IMG/VR virus record: IMGVR_UViG_3300020045_002177 | Span: 1 to 39,402 of that record | Direction: 5' to 3' (one strand) | Length of the DNA stretch: 39,402 bases | From: a virus | Lineage: Duplodnaviria; Caudoviricetes | In this document: positions 21,601 through 29,362 of the stretch, one piece after another | Position numbering within the stretch: the stretch's first letter is position 1 | How the letters are laid out: every line of letters begins with the position of its first letter | Notes under the pieces: model-generated | Told to the model about the DNA's origin: nothing | Database searches by the model: none | Seen by the model: the letters and a program-made list of their open reading frames with translations, nothing else | Made by a program: the position numbers and the translations under genes

Positions 21601-22611
21601 TTAATGCGTTCAGCTACATGGAAATTAGGAACTGCTCAAGCTATGTGGAAGGGTGGGAAGAATCTTGGTCAATTTTTATACACTGGTACTAAAGGAATAG
21701 TAACAGGTAAAACAGATAACATAGTTAAATTAAATACCCAAGGTGCTTGGTTAGTTTCTATTGTCGCTGTTAATGCTTTAATGGCCTCTATTATTCAAGG
21801 ACTTGCTTTAGGAGAAGCACCTAAAGATATTAAAGATATAGTCTTTCCTAGATACACAGAGCGTGATCCAGAAGCTAGGGCAGTAATCCCCACATACTTA
21901 AAAGAGTTCGTAGCAATAGGTAAATCTATTAAAGATGATCCTTATCATGTTCCTATGCATTGGATTAAAGGTGGTTTCAACGGCTTTCTAACTAAAGTAT
22001 ATGATGTTGCTAAGAATAAAGATTATTTTAATACTCAAATTCGTGACCCGGAAGAAAATATGTTACAAAATGCAATTGATGTTGGTCTATACGTTTTTCC
22101 TAAACCTTTCTCTTTAACTACTACAGCTAAAGAGATTGAATCTGGTGAAGGTAAAACTAAAAGTATTCTTCGTGGGGCTATGGGCTTTACTAAAGCACCT
22201 AGTTATATTAATCAAACATCTGCTGAACAAGAAGCATTTGAAAGAGCACAAGAAGCATCAGGAGCTAGAACTAAATCCCCTGAGAAGTTTGAGCACATGA
22301 GAACTGTATCTAGGATAGCGGGTGATGTTAAACTAGGGAATATGAATAGTTTTGAAGAGGCTATAGCAGATGGTACTTTATCTAAGACAGATATAAAAAC
22401 AATTAAAGATAAAGCTACTATGCACCCACTAGTACGTATTGTAAAAAGATTGCAATGGGCTGATGCTGTTAAAGTTTGGAAGAGAGCTTCTGAGGGAGAG
22501 AAAGAGCTAATTAAAGCAGAGCTATTAGAAAAATATCACAACGCACTTAAAAACAGTGCACCAGAGGAATTAGAAAAGATAAAACAGCAAGCAATGCAGA
22601 TTTTTGAATAA
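15697..22611 (+). CDS. Large internal virion / DNA ejection protein with zincin-like HExxH domain
   Basis: 2304 aa; Gly/Ala hydrophobic N-terminus, K/E-rich linker, SHELGH at nt 19078-19095 with downstream NEYLAE, helical C-terminus resembling large polyvalent proteins. Confidence 0.75.
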   Translation: MADINELLEQRIQELSNPKPKEEKKVKVKSKPTSFDFSKYTSQSEEEPSHVGEAAKALGRAALSIPEFASNVLQAGAGAVGTAAGVPLSENVVRNYLKGGTDEIAMMKQGYTPEQAKDIKEGRLQPLKGTLAPSQEYAEKHPVVSTLESLPESVAPLVYAPLLGPAMPAAFGASTLNKGIAKQEVEHPERSDLSKIGRALPAAAAETALFTAMPGVTKKAAEKLGWEGAGRTLADLDVLGKGTKVGGSVGKSALQRGAIDTPYLFGQGKVIAGLEAATGVNTLDEFTEGFKPENLARELASNFAMGAGFGALHGAKWKKQAQELNTLATHPDATIRQKGIDSITGLLEQKGYTEEAKAFNKNMKDYETAKGFADAYGTELSEINPTELINKDVLSAIELINRPELKDNKNPVSLLDSDTPIKKVINRSLGQETTDISKLTDEINQTKQEVVSPSGNLQALEKVAEGPKLTSKEILPVLSDPAKIKDAVLNEMPIADKATLSPMALHNLVAHLKAGELVEVEGKYYPTQKLADRLEKTQQKVDKVNKAFEAKGVKARVGEEAVTTTTEGKLTRAQKSEINKAKFKAEQEAKKTEKVALPKEEKPVVEKVAKASEPKETVTKPVEKEAKPAKEKKAIVDDLAYEKDETFKALPKAQKKLIREQDRTIRNDVWSKIKEKMSGEVAEPNKKAEIKAKAKETKEAREAAPKKTLEQTKAGKDLRAKADTLSFEDYSKAMQDLYGARYDAKTTLSTWNHANKKSDGTRTPQPKATTRAEKPTNVIATSKSSTDLVSRINSRLKKGFNTVRDKYHYILELERQLGNSLDPENRKTYNELFKIVPELENLFRNAKEIKREGKSISRELKAEKRREESVIGEKAEAPEGYVAALERQAKEAVETERLKKEKIAKTIKDKKLVDVKVIEKEVKQEVKEKKEVPKAKVEPKIEEKEAPVYDREEEIKLQGKIRAAEKRLANLENKGADESLIRQADIELAKLEEQIDSMRMSVQKTEVSSNEPVVTEKLFSSASKTAHRDYERLLDSDLSIGASQSIPKNIKGFVEQIQKHFNLKGKLFITSKSDVDTSELAKIATFQKIKDSEQGYVGMLLTMGNGSRMVVLNDQKIKTSKTLVRTLSHELGHAIINDYYTSASEATKLSINKDMQSWFNKMQRGDNAALEELYQESGKTWTDFKREYASYLNKEGNILAIAGTKRLGLLNEYLAEQVAKYINERHSRPEGAVARFFANVAEQLRNIYNAYRNNSLQNRQPVDSIAKWLDDLTNTKKTAVEAVYEEADFEPKFSNVGEDIKNLYKKGEEKIPKALKADYELAKNRTIEETSAVSEWFKRIFKPYSGASNESLDAAYKIKAVPSKRADQFAIHMGHYIDPKTNKTMNLLEYFAGKSSKQQVEFMDKARRMDEKDVIEGNYEKYDFTKEEIAFLKTSKEYADVIYNELSEILPNLPKREAHFGLALLWDKIPGKLQDTSFAETNFGKKLLGSKGFTKKRSDKTIQEMIAEGGVLATSNPIQTVTNYIREATKFTGVSQVLEDMQVNGTAKYFSASERAKIPQGWEPLNARGTELFSKVITPKGFNAKLPTGEYITNTKGEPKLFSNKKELKSAIEKAGFKMEDAIIERDNQQLFNFAGYSLKEKDGTVIMSAPNKATLEKYWEKHIDSIGEDAKISPKYVPEQSTKAGNLYFPKEFAMMMNNYLSRDSFRANPIGKNLAKMKNFYTKLELGLSGFHYTVINLEAVASYGSLALQRAIMEKRLSAFSNTAKGIAGENSLHAMMKEYIRDPEQFNPSSPKYDKAMNEVIERALGKGVGLGEIKEQFYNAGGLMEADLSLRGSEFSRYQGVSPTLNPSKIKANIKQYTDRLKADGIDLEDGKSKVKVIGSTLGAVMETSTNYLFEHYIPKIKFAFFAKEYAFAIQKQKAAIEAGLVNKNQIARETMSFVEDRFGEMNWENLWLNKSHKSAIQFLMRSATWKLGTAQAMWKGGKNLGQFLYTGTKGIVTGKTDNIVKLNTQGAWLVSIVAVNALMASIIQGLALGEAPKDIKDIVFPRYTERDPEARAVIPTYLKEFVAIGKSIKDDPYHVPMHWIKGGFNGFLTKVYDVAKNKDYFNTQIRDPEENMLQNAIDVGLYVFPKPFSLTTTAKEIESGEGKTKSILRGAMGFTKAPSYINQTSAEQEAFERAQEASGARTKSPEKFEHMRTVSRIAGDVKLGNMNSFEEAIADGTLSKTDIKTIKDKATMHPLVRIVKRLQWADAVKVWKRASEGEKELIKAELLEKYHNALKNSAPEELEKIKQQAMQIFE

Positions 22612-22614
22612 TTT

Positions 22615-22631
22615 ACGATATTTAAATATAA
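22615..22631 (+). promoter_or_regulatory. Candidate late promoter/activator motif ACGATATTTAAATATAA
   Basis: 16/17 identical to 3188-3204; intergenic, upstream of the tail fibre RBS. Confidence 0.55.
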
Positions 22632-22655
22632 ACAAAAACTAAAGTAGGAGTGAAT

Positions 22656-25600
22656 ATGGATTATCAAGTACTAACAGGCAATTGTGCAACATTAGGAAAT
22701 AGTGGGGCAGTGGGTGGTACTGTTGTAGCTACCTTATCTAGTATACCACAATTTGTGCAAAATGCCCTATTAGATGTAACTCCGGTTATAGCTAATATAG
22801 ATAATAATGGGGATTTTACTCTTACTTTAGTTAAAGGTTCTTGTGTTAATCTTTTAGCTAAAGACTCAAATAACAAAACCTTTTTTGATGGTTCAATGAA
22901 TATCACTTATAATGATACAGCTAGTATAGGTTTATATTTACAAGCTAATCCACCTAGTATTATTAATGCAGAAATATTAGATGGTAATATTCATACTCTT
23001 CAATTACATAGAGCCAATGCTTCTGCTTGGACTATGGCTAATCCTGTTTTATATGAAGGTGAAACTGGTGTTGAACTAGATACCCTTAGACTTAAGGTTG
23101 GTGATGGTGTTACTCCTTGGAACTCTTTAGTTTATTTTGGTAATACAGGTGAACCAACTAATGCCATTACTTTAGATTCTACTCCTATAGTTCCACCTTA
23201 TATTGAAGGAACTATGTATTGGAATAATATAGATCATACTCTCAACGTAACAACAGATAATCCGGATGTATTAATGCAAGTAGGACAAGAATTACACGTT
23301 AGAGTTTGGAATGGTACAGCATCTACATTACTAAATGGTACTGCTGTATATCCAGTTACTACAGTAGGTTCTTTATGGTCTGTAGATAAAGCAGACTCTT
23401 CTATGGAAGATTCTACTATTGTAGTTGGAATTGTAACAGCAGATATCCCCCCTAATTCTGAGGGGATTGTTACTTCTTTTGGTCTTGTACGAGATTATGA
23501 TACTTCTGCTTTTGCTCCTCACGCAGCCCTGTATGTCTCCCCTACAACTCCGGGTATGCTAACAGATATTCCACCAGTACCACCTAATTACAGTATTGTT
23601 GTTGCTAGGGTAGTTACTACTGGTGTGAATGGATCAATACTAGTTAGATTAGGTGATCCTGATGCTAATATTTTATCAGTTAATAGTAGAACAACAGAAA
23701 AAGACCCTACAGGTTGGGTAGAACCAGAAAATATTATTGTTAATTACGATACTACAAATAGAACTGTTACTTTAACTGGTGATCTACGGTATATGTTTCA
23801 AGGCAGTTTAAAAGAATTAACTTCTCCTTGGACATCTTCTGCTCATTCTGCTGCTGATGGTGCTTACTTTCTTTATTCTACAGATGGATTAAATTTTAAT
23901 TGGTCAACTACTGTTTGGGCCTTCACTGATCTAATGGTAGCTAGAGCTTCTATTCTTGCTTCTCCTGCACATCAATTTTGCATTAGAGAAGTTCACTCTC
24001 TTATGGGTTGGAGATCACATGAAGAGTTTCATCAAACTTTAGGTAGTTATAGACTTTCTGGTGGTGGTCTTACTGCCGGAACTTATATTACTAACACAGC
24101 AACAAATGCAGCCACAACTCCCGGATTTGATGTTGTTGTTTTAAAAGATGAAGATTTATATACAACTATACCAAGTTGGACAGAGGGTACTTATACAACT
24201 GCTTATGTTAATGCAACGAATCAATTAGTTTTTGATACAGCTAGTTCTTACCCTTTTAAAGCAGGAGCTAGTTTTATTCAATACAATAATACTATCACTG
24301 GTGCTATGGTAGATGGTTCTAATAATAATTATTATAATGTTTATCAATTATTATTACCAGCAACAGCAGATAATAATAGTCAAAAATATAGAATGATTAT
24401 GGTTCAACCACAAGCTAGCTATCCTACTTTAATAGCAGCACAAGCTGAAACACCGCTTAATTTAAATGTAGGTAATTTAGCTAATATTTCTTTAGAGTTT
24501 GTATTCTATGCAAGAATAACTTATGTTACTTCTTCTGGTGATGCTAACTTTGGTAAATGTCGTATAGCTACTAATGGTATTACTTATTTAACAGGAACAA
24601 GAATCAGTCAGAACCAGACGATTACATCCTCTGTTGGAATGTTTAATCCAATGACTACAGCAGGGTCTTTAATTACTTCTACTACAGGTGGAGTACCTAT
24701 TGAATTAACTAAAGGCAGTGCTTTACAAGTATTGCGAGTAAATGCAGGAGCAACTGCTTTAGAATATTCAGAAGATACAACCCGTTCTCCTATAGCTGGC
24801 CCCGGTAGTTCTCAGGCGTTCTCTGTTGGGGCTTTGAGTGCTACTACAGGCGCTTTCGCGGGTAATGTTGCAGTAGGGGCTATAACTAACACCAATGTCG
24901 TATACGGAGCAAACCAAATACAAGCATGGAATAACGGTGCTGTATCCTCTCTGTATCTACAGTATACAGGAGGTAATACAGTCTTAAATTACGGTGGTGG
25001 TAACGTCCTCGTAGGAACCTCAACAGACAACAGCTCTGGTGCAAAGTTACAGGTAATAGGTGATATTTACACAGAATCGGCAATGGGTATTAAAACATCT
25101 ATCCATTCAACTGGCTACATTGGTGGTTATATCGCAGGTATTAAAGCTGATTACAATATAACTACCGGGTATGTGTATTGTGCGGGGGCAGCAGGGGCTG
25201 GTAAATTAATTGGAGCTGATGATTACGGGGCAACTACCTTACTTTATGCAAATGATACCGCCATAGGTAAGATGTGGAATACTGGTACGGTTACCATCAA
25301 TTCGCTCATTGACAACGGTACTGGTGCTAGGTTGCAGGTTAATGGTAATGTATCTGCCACAGCATTTAACTCTCTTGGTACAGTAGCCGCATTTAACACA
25401 ACAGGTGGTGCATATTTAAATGGTAATGCTGGCTCAGATTTTGCCACACTTAACGCTTATCTCAATGCTTCAAACGGAGCTAAATCACTATCATTGAATA
25501 ACAATGGTGGTCCAGTTCTTGTTAATACCTCAACAGACAACGGCTCTGGAGCTAAATTACAGGTTAACGGTGGTGGTTACTTCGGAGGCAATCTACAAGT

Positions 25601-26396
25601 TAAGAACGGTACTGGCGTAGGTTATTTATTAGTTGCTGGGCGTTCATCAGATGGTAGAGCAGAATTGGCTTTCCAAAATAATACATTCAGTGCCAATTAC
25701 GCACAAATTGTAGGTTCTAACGCAGGTTTAGCTTTTAGGGTTGGTACTGCTGACGTAGGCTCGTTTGATACTTCTGGCAACCTGCTTGTTGGGGTTACGA
25801 GTGGTGCTTATCACACCTTCTCTAAGAACATGACAGGAAATTTTGTACTACACGCTAATAACTCAGCAGTGTCAGGTAGTGATCTAACCTACAGATCGGA
25901 TTTAGCCACTGAAAACAACACCGGAAGTGCTTATCATTTCCTTGGGTATACCGGAGGCACAAGCAAGGCGGCTATCTTTGGTAACGGAACTTTCGGGAGT
26001 GCCACAGGCGTTTATGGTGGATTATCCGACCTCAAACTAAAACAAGACATCGTTGATGCCGGTTCGCAGTGGGATGATATTAAATCCCTGAGACTCCGCA
26101 AGTACCACTTCAAGAATGACCCTGACGGTCACTTACAGCTCGGTCTGGTGGCACAGGAAGCTGAAATAGTAAGTCCCGGTCTGGTTGATGAAATTCCTGA
26201 TTATGAGGAAGTCAAGACGGTAGATGAAGATGGTAACGAGACTACTGAGAGAGTACCTACAGGTGAAACTACCAAGTCAGTTAAGTACAGCATCCTGTAT
26301 CTCAAGGCTGTCGGAGCATTACAGGAAGCGATGGATAGGATAGAAAAATTAGAGGCTCGGCTTGAGCTATTAGAAGACAATAAAAGGAGCTATTAA
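22656..26396 (+). CDS. Tail fibre / receptor-binding protein with Mtd_N-like domain and C-terminal peptidase S74 intramolecular chaperone
   Basis: WTMANPVLYEGETGVELDTLRLKVGDGVTPWNSL (Mtd N-terminal-like), repeated DNGSGAKLQVNG units, SDLKLKQDI...GLVAQE followed by a coiled coil (S74). Confidence 0.9.
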   Translation: MDYQVLTGNCATLGNSGAVGGTVVATLSSIPQFVQNALLDVTPVIANIDNNGDFTLTLVKGSCVNLLAKDSNNKTFFDGSMNITYNDTASIGLYLQANPPSIINAEILDGNIHTLQLHRANASAWTMANPVLYEGETGVELDTLRLKVGDGVTPWNSLVYFGNTGEPTNAITLDSTPIVPPYIEGTMYWNNIDHTLNVTTDNPDVLMQVGQELHVRVWNGTASTLLNGTAVYPVTTVGSLWSVDKADSSMEDSTIVVGIVTADIPPNSEGIVTSFGLVRDYDTSAFAPHAALYVSPTTPGMLTDIPPVPPNYSIVVARVVTTGVNGSILVRLGDPDANILSVNSRTTEKDPTGWVEPENIIVNYDTTNRTVTLTGDLRYMFQGSLKELTSPWTSSAHSAADGAYFLYSTDGLNFNWSTTVWAFTDLMVARASILASPAHQFCIREVHSLMGWRSHEEFHQTLGSYRLSGGGLTAGTYITNTATNAATTPGFDVVVLKDEDLYTTIPSWTEGTYTTAYVNATNQLVFDTASSYPFKAGASFIQYNNTITGAMVDGSNNNYYNVYQLLLPATADNNSQKYRMIMVQPQASYPTLIAAQAETPLNLNVGNLANISLEFVFYARITYVTSSGDANFGKCRIATNGITYLTGTRISQNQTITSSVGMFNPMTTAGSLITSTTGGVPIELTKGSALQVLRVNAGATALEYSEDTTRSPIAGPGSSQAFSVGALSATTGAFAGNVAVGAITNTNVVYGANQIQAWNNGAVSSLYLQYTGGNTVLNYGGGNVLVGTSTDNSSGAKLQVIGDIYTESAMGIKTSIHSTGYIGGYIAGIKADYNITTGYVYCAGAAGAGKLIGADDYGATTLLYANDTAIGKMWNTGTVTINSLIDNGTGARLQVNGNVSATAFNSLGTVAAFNTTGGAYLNGNAGSDFATLNAYLNASNGAKSLSLNNNGGPVLVNTSTDNGSGAKLQVNGGGYFGGNLQVKNGTGVGYLLVAGRSSDGRAELAFQNNTFSANYAQIVGSNAGLAFRVGTADVGSFDTSGNLLVGVTSGAYHTFSKNMTGNFVLHANNSAVSGSDLTYRSDLATENNTGSAYHFLGYTGGTSKAAIFGNGTFGSATGVYGGLSDLKLKQDIVDAGSQWDDIKSLRLRKYHFKNDPDGHLQLGLVAQEAEIVSPGLVDEIPDYEEVKTVDEDGNETTERVPTGETTKSVKYSILYLKAVGALQEAMDRIEKLEARLELLEDNKRSY
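25017..25564 (+). repeat. Imperfect 38-bp direct repeats within the tail fibre (25017-25054 and 25527-25564; weaker third copy ~25311-25345)
   Basis: ACCTCAACAGACAAC(A/G)GCTCTGG(T/A)GC(A/T)AA(G/A)TTACAGGT, 34/38 identical, 510 bp apart. Confidence 0.85.
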
Positions 26397-26687
26397 ATGG
26401 ATACCCCAAATTACAAAGAATCTACAATCAGTGGAACACAGTATCAGAGAGCAGTCAGAATACAGATTGATAATCCTCTGGGTGGCGCACCTTCAATCAT
26501 GTTCTGTGAAGAGGAAGTCTTGGTTATGGGAGACAAGTCAATCAAGAATCTCTGTGCTAACTTAAATGTTGCATTTGACCTGGAGAACCCTCTTCATATC
26601 CAAGCATACACCGTTTTGAACGCTATCTATGAAGAAGAGAGAGGCAAGCGTGATGCGCTACTTCAAGAACCTCCTGCTGGGGATTGA
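26397..26687 (+). CDS. Tail fibre-associated hypothetical protein
   Basis: AAGGAG RBS; abuts the fibre stop; YQRAVRIQIDNP...PSIMFCEE motif recurs after phage fibre genes. Confidence 0.75.
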   Translation: MDTPNYKESTISGTQYQRAVRIQIDNPLGGAPSIMFCEEEVLVMGDKSIKNLCANLNVAFDLENPLHIQAYTVLNAIYEEERGKRDALLQEPPAGD

Positions 26688-26868
26688 CCAGCTTGTTAAC
26701 ACGGTCTTTGGCGGTAGTCCTGATGAAACCATAAGCTCTCGTTTGTGGCGATACAGAGAGAATCCAGTTGCATCATTTTGGATTAAGTTTCTAAATCTTT
26801 TTGAAAAAGATCACTGCAAAAAATCAGTAGAACCAGATGATCATCATATAGATGACGTTTTAAAATAA
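26653..26868 (+). CDS. Conserved small phage protein (IDQ..N...G.PDETISSR family)
   Basis: MRYFKNLLLGIDQLVNTVFGGSPDETISSRLW...DHC; start moved to ATG 26653. Confidence 0.8.
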   Translation: MRYFKNLLLGIDQLVNTVFGGSPDETISSRLWRYRENPVASFWIKFLNLFEKDHCKKSVEPDDHHIDDVLK

Positions 26869-26895
26869 AAACTTCAGCAACCGAAAGGAACGCCT

Positions 26896-27258
26896 ATGCA
26901 ACCTTGTGAACAAACAGCTACAATAACTGCAATACACGACACACTAAAACGAGTAGATAGAACACAAGAAAGATTAGTAGAAGCTTTAGAAAGAGTAGCT
27001 GACCAAGGGGCTAGGATAGAAAACTTGGAGGATGTAAAAGATATGCATCATCATGATATTGATATTCTATATAATAGACTACGAGAATCTGATTTAAAAC
27101 TAGATCGTATTATTCATGTTCTTGATATGTTATCCTCAAAATATGTTATAGGATTTATTACGGGTTTAGTTGGAATGACTATCTTAGGTTTTATTTTAGA
27201 TATTATCTATCATGCAGATACTATTAAACTGTTTATTAAATTTATGAATGGTGGTTAA
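26896..27258 (+). CDS. Coiled-coil protein with C-terminal transmembrane helix (holin/XhlA-like lysis accessory)
   Basis: Heptad-rich N-terminus and hydrophobic VIGFITGLVGMTILGFILDII; directly upstream of the endolysin. Confidence 0.55.
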   Translation: MQPCEQTATITAIHDTLKRVDRTQERLVEALERVADQGARIENLEDVKDMHHHDIDILYNRLRESDLKLDRIIHVLDMLSSKYVIGFITGLVGMTILGFILDIIYHADTIKLFIKFMNGG

Positions 27259-27259
27259 T

Positions 27260-27811
27260 ATGTTATTTAATAAAGATATGTTTATAGAATTATGTGGTGG
27301 TAATAAGCTAAAACCTAGACAAAAAGATGGTTTATTATTTCTTATTAGTTCTATGGAACTAGATAAAGAACTTACTGATATTAGATGGTTAGCTTATCTA
27401 TTTGCTACAATTCAAAGAGAATGTGCAGATACTTATCAACCTATAGAAGAATATGGTAAAGGTAAGAATAAACCTTATGGTAAATTAATTAATGGTAAAG
27501 CTTATTATGGTAGAGGTTATGTTCAATTAACTTGGTTAGATAATTATAAAACAATGTCTAAAATAGTTGGATATGATTTAGTTTCTGCTCCTGAGATTGC
27601 TTTACAACCTATTATAGCTTATCAAATAATGTCTCATGGTATGCGTCATGGTTCTTTTACAGGAGTAAGTTTATCTAAATATATTAATGAAACTAAGTGT
27701 GATTATATTAATGCTAGAAAGATTATTAATAGTTTAGATCATGCAGTTGAAATAGCTAAAGTAGCAGAGTGGTTTGAACAAGTATTAAAAGACTGTTTAA
27801 TAGAGGGGTAA
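27260..27811 (+). CDS. Endolysin, glycoside hydrolase family 19-like
   Basis: LAYLFATIQRE...PIEEYG, YYGRGYVQLTWLDNY, ARKIIN. Confidence 0.9.
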   Translation: MLFNKDMFIELCGGNKLKPRQKDGLLFLISSMELDKELTDIRWLAYLFATIQRECADTYQPIEEYGKGKNKPYGKLINGKAYYGRGYVQLTWLDNYKTMSKIVGYDLVSAPEIALQPIIAYQIMSHGMRHGSFTGVSLSKYINETKCDYINARKIINSLDHAVEIAKVAEWFEQVLKDCLIEG

Positions 27812-27814
27812 ACT

Positions 27815-28051
27815 ATGGATATATTTAAAGTATTTAAAGATACCCTTACTGGTATTGATGGAGAAACATATGATATTGTCAGAGTGGGGGTATTTACTAC
27901 GATTGTTATTATGTGTGCTAATGCTATTACTGCAATGATTAATCAAACACCTATGGACTATTTAGCATTTGGATCAGGGTGTGCAGCTATCTTTGCTGCT
28001 GGTGGATTTGGTATTGGACAAAAGGCTAAGACAGAGCCAGAGGCTAAATAA
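27815..28051 (+). CDS. Putative holin
   Basis: 78 aa with two hydrophobic segments and a charged C-terminus; inside the lysis cassette. Confidence 0.65.
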   Translation: MDIFKVFKDTLTGIDGETYDIVRVGVFTTIVIMCANAITAMINQTPMDYLAFGSGCAAIFAAGGFGIGQKAKTEPEAK

Positions 28052-28054
28052 CTT

Positions 28055-28432
28055 ATGTCTATAATTACTATTATTAATTCTTTATTAGATTCTAAATTAG
28101 TTCAATGGTTATTATTATCTTTTACTATTATACTTATTGTCTTTCTTGGTATATTGGAGTTTAAATTTTATGGACTTAAATTAAGTAATGCACTTCTTTC
28201 AAAAGAAAATGCAACAGTTAATTCTGCTTTACAAGTTCAGAATCAAGCTATTAAAAGACTTGGTGAAGAAACAAGAGTTGCAGAAGAGAATATCAAACAG
28301 GCGAATAACAAAGCTTCCAAAATTGCCCTAGAAAATAAAAAACTATTAAAAGCTATAGAGCAGTATCAATTTACTGGTACATGCTCTCAGAAGCTCTCTC
28401 AGGCTCTAGAATTAATACAAAAGGCTAACTAA
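28055..28432 (+). CDS. Inner-membrane spanin (Rz-like)
   Basis: N-terminal TM helix followed by a periplasmic coiled coil (QNQAI) with one C-terminal Cys. Confidence 0.8.
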   Translation: MSIITIINSLLDSKLVQWLLLSFTIILIVFLGILEFKFYGLKLSNALLSKENATVNSALQVQNQAIKRLGEETRVAEENIKQANNKASKIALENKKLLKAIEQYQFTGTCSQKLSQALELIQKAN

Positions 28433-28728
28433 TGAAACGACTAATATTGATATCCAGTAGGCTACTAAGCGTATCCATTATACCGTTACTCTTATCCAGT
28501 TGTGTTAAGTATGTTAATGTTCCTGTTTACTCTTGTCCTACTCCACCAGCTATTGAACTACCTATATTAAAAACAGATAAACTATCTCTTCAAGCTACAG
28601 AGAATGAAATACTAGGAGCGATTACTTATGATTTCATCAAACTCAAGAAACTCAATCAACAATGTACTACAATCCTCCAAGGATACTCAACAAAGGTACA
28701 AGCATTGCCAATACAGCCCAACAAATAA
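28432..28728 (+). CDS. Outer-membrane lipoprotein spanin (Rz1-like)
   Basis: Signal peptide with lipobox LSSC, Pro-rich CPTPPAIELP; coupled to the i-spanin (TAATG). Confidence 0.8.
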   Translation: MKRLILISSRLLSVSIIPLLLSSCVKYVNVPVYSCPTPPAIELPILKTDKLSLQATENEILGAITYDFIKLKKLNQQCTTILQGYSTKVQALPIQPNK

Positions 28729-28850
28729 ATGTAGTAATACTAGAGGGGCTTTAGGTTGTGTACCTAAAGATGCTTGTTGGATTAATGCAATAGATTAACA
28801 ACCAGCTAGTTTTTATAGCTGTGTTTCTTAGTACACACTAGAGGCAAATA

Positions 28851-28880
28851 AGAAAGGGGGCCGTTAAGCCCCCTCTTTTA
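28851..28880. terminator. Bidirectional intrinsic terminator between the converging arms
   Basis: AGAAA-GGGGGC-CGTTAA-GCCCCC-TCTTTT at the convergence point. Confidence 0.85.
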
Positions 28881-29210
28881 TTATCTATTTAACCAATACT
28901 CTACAAAAACAGCATCTTTCTTAGATAAAGAAATAATTTTTTCATCAGTAACCTTTAAAGCTTTATACAAGCTTTCAGCATCTCGTAATGTACCCCAACC
29001 ATGACAGACCCAATTATCAGACCAACCTTTATTAATATGAATAATTTCTTCTGCTTCTTCTCTAGTTTTAATTTTAAAAAACCAACGCCATTTATTTAAT
29101 AGTTTATCAACTTCTTCATTAAAGAGGTTATCTCTTTCTTTGTAAACTAAATTAGTTGCATTATCTACAGCCGTTAAAATATCTTCTCTTTTAACTAAAA
29201 ATAAACTCAC
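28881..29210 (-). CDS. Hypothetical protein
   Basis: GTG start with AAGGAG RBS; 109 aa. Confidence 0.75.
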   Translation of the reverse strand: MSLFLVKREDILTAVDNATNLVYKERDNLFNEEVDKLLNKWRWFFKIKTREEAEEIIHINKGWSDNWVCHGWGTLRDAESLYKALKVTDEKIISLSKKDAVFVEYWLNR

Positions 29211-29362
29211 TATAATTGCTCCTTACATTTTCTACAAAGTAAGTGCCACACTATTAAACCCTTTTCTTTTGTTTGAAAATAAAAGCAGGGGTGTTTAGTC
29301 CCTGCTCCTATCTCTAATTGGCAAGAAGGACAAAAGCCCTTCTCGCCTTTTGGCCCCGCCAT
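29210..29362 (-). CDS. Small zinc-finger protein (50 aa, not in ORF track)
   Basis: MAGPKGEKGFCPSCQLEIGAGTKHPCFYFQTKEKGLIVWHLLCRKCKEQL; two CxxC motifs; tiles the gap exactly. Confidence 0.7.
   Translation of the reverse strand: MAGPKGEKGFCPSCQLEIGAGTKHPCFYFQTKEKGLIVWHLLCRKCKEQL

Noticed and set aside
469-25447. Numerous short antisense or alternate-frame ORFs in the track (e.g. 469-672, 476-784, 4859-5185, 5363-5671, 7301-7597, 17852-18061, 20558-20785, 25244-25447)
   Set aside because: Shadow ORFs overlapping well-supported genes, with composition explained by the codon bias of the real frame.
25017-25564. Diversity-generating retroelement TR/VR pair in an Mtd_N-containing fibre
   Set aside because: The repeats are short, both lie in coding sequence, mismatches are not confined to adenines of one copy, the C-terminus is an S74 chaperone and no reverse transcriptase is in the window.
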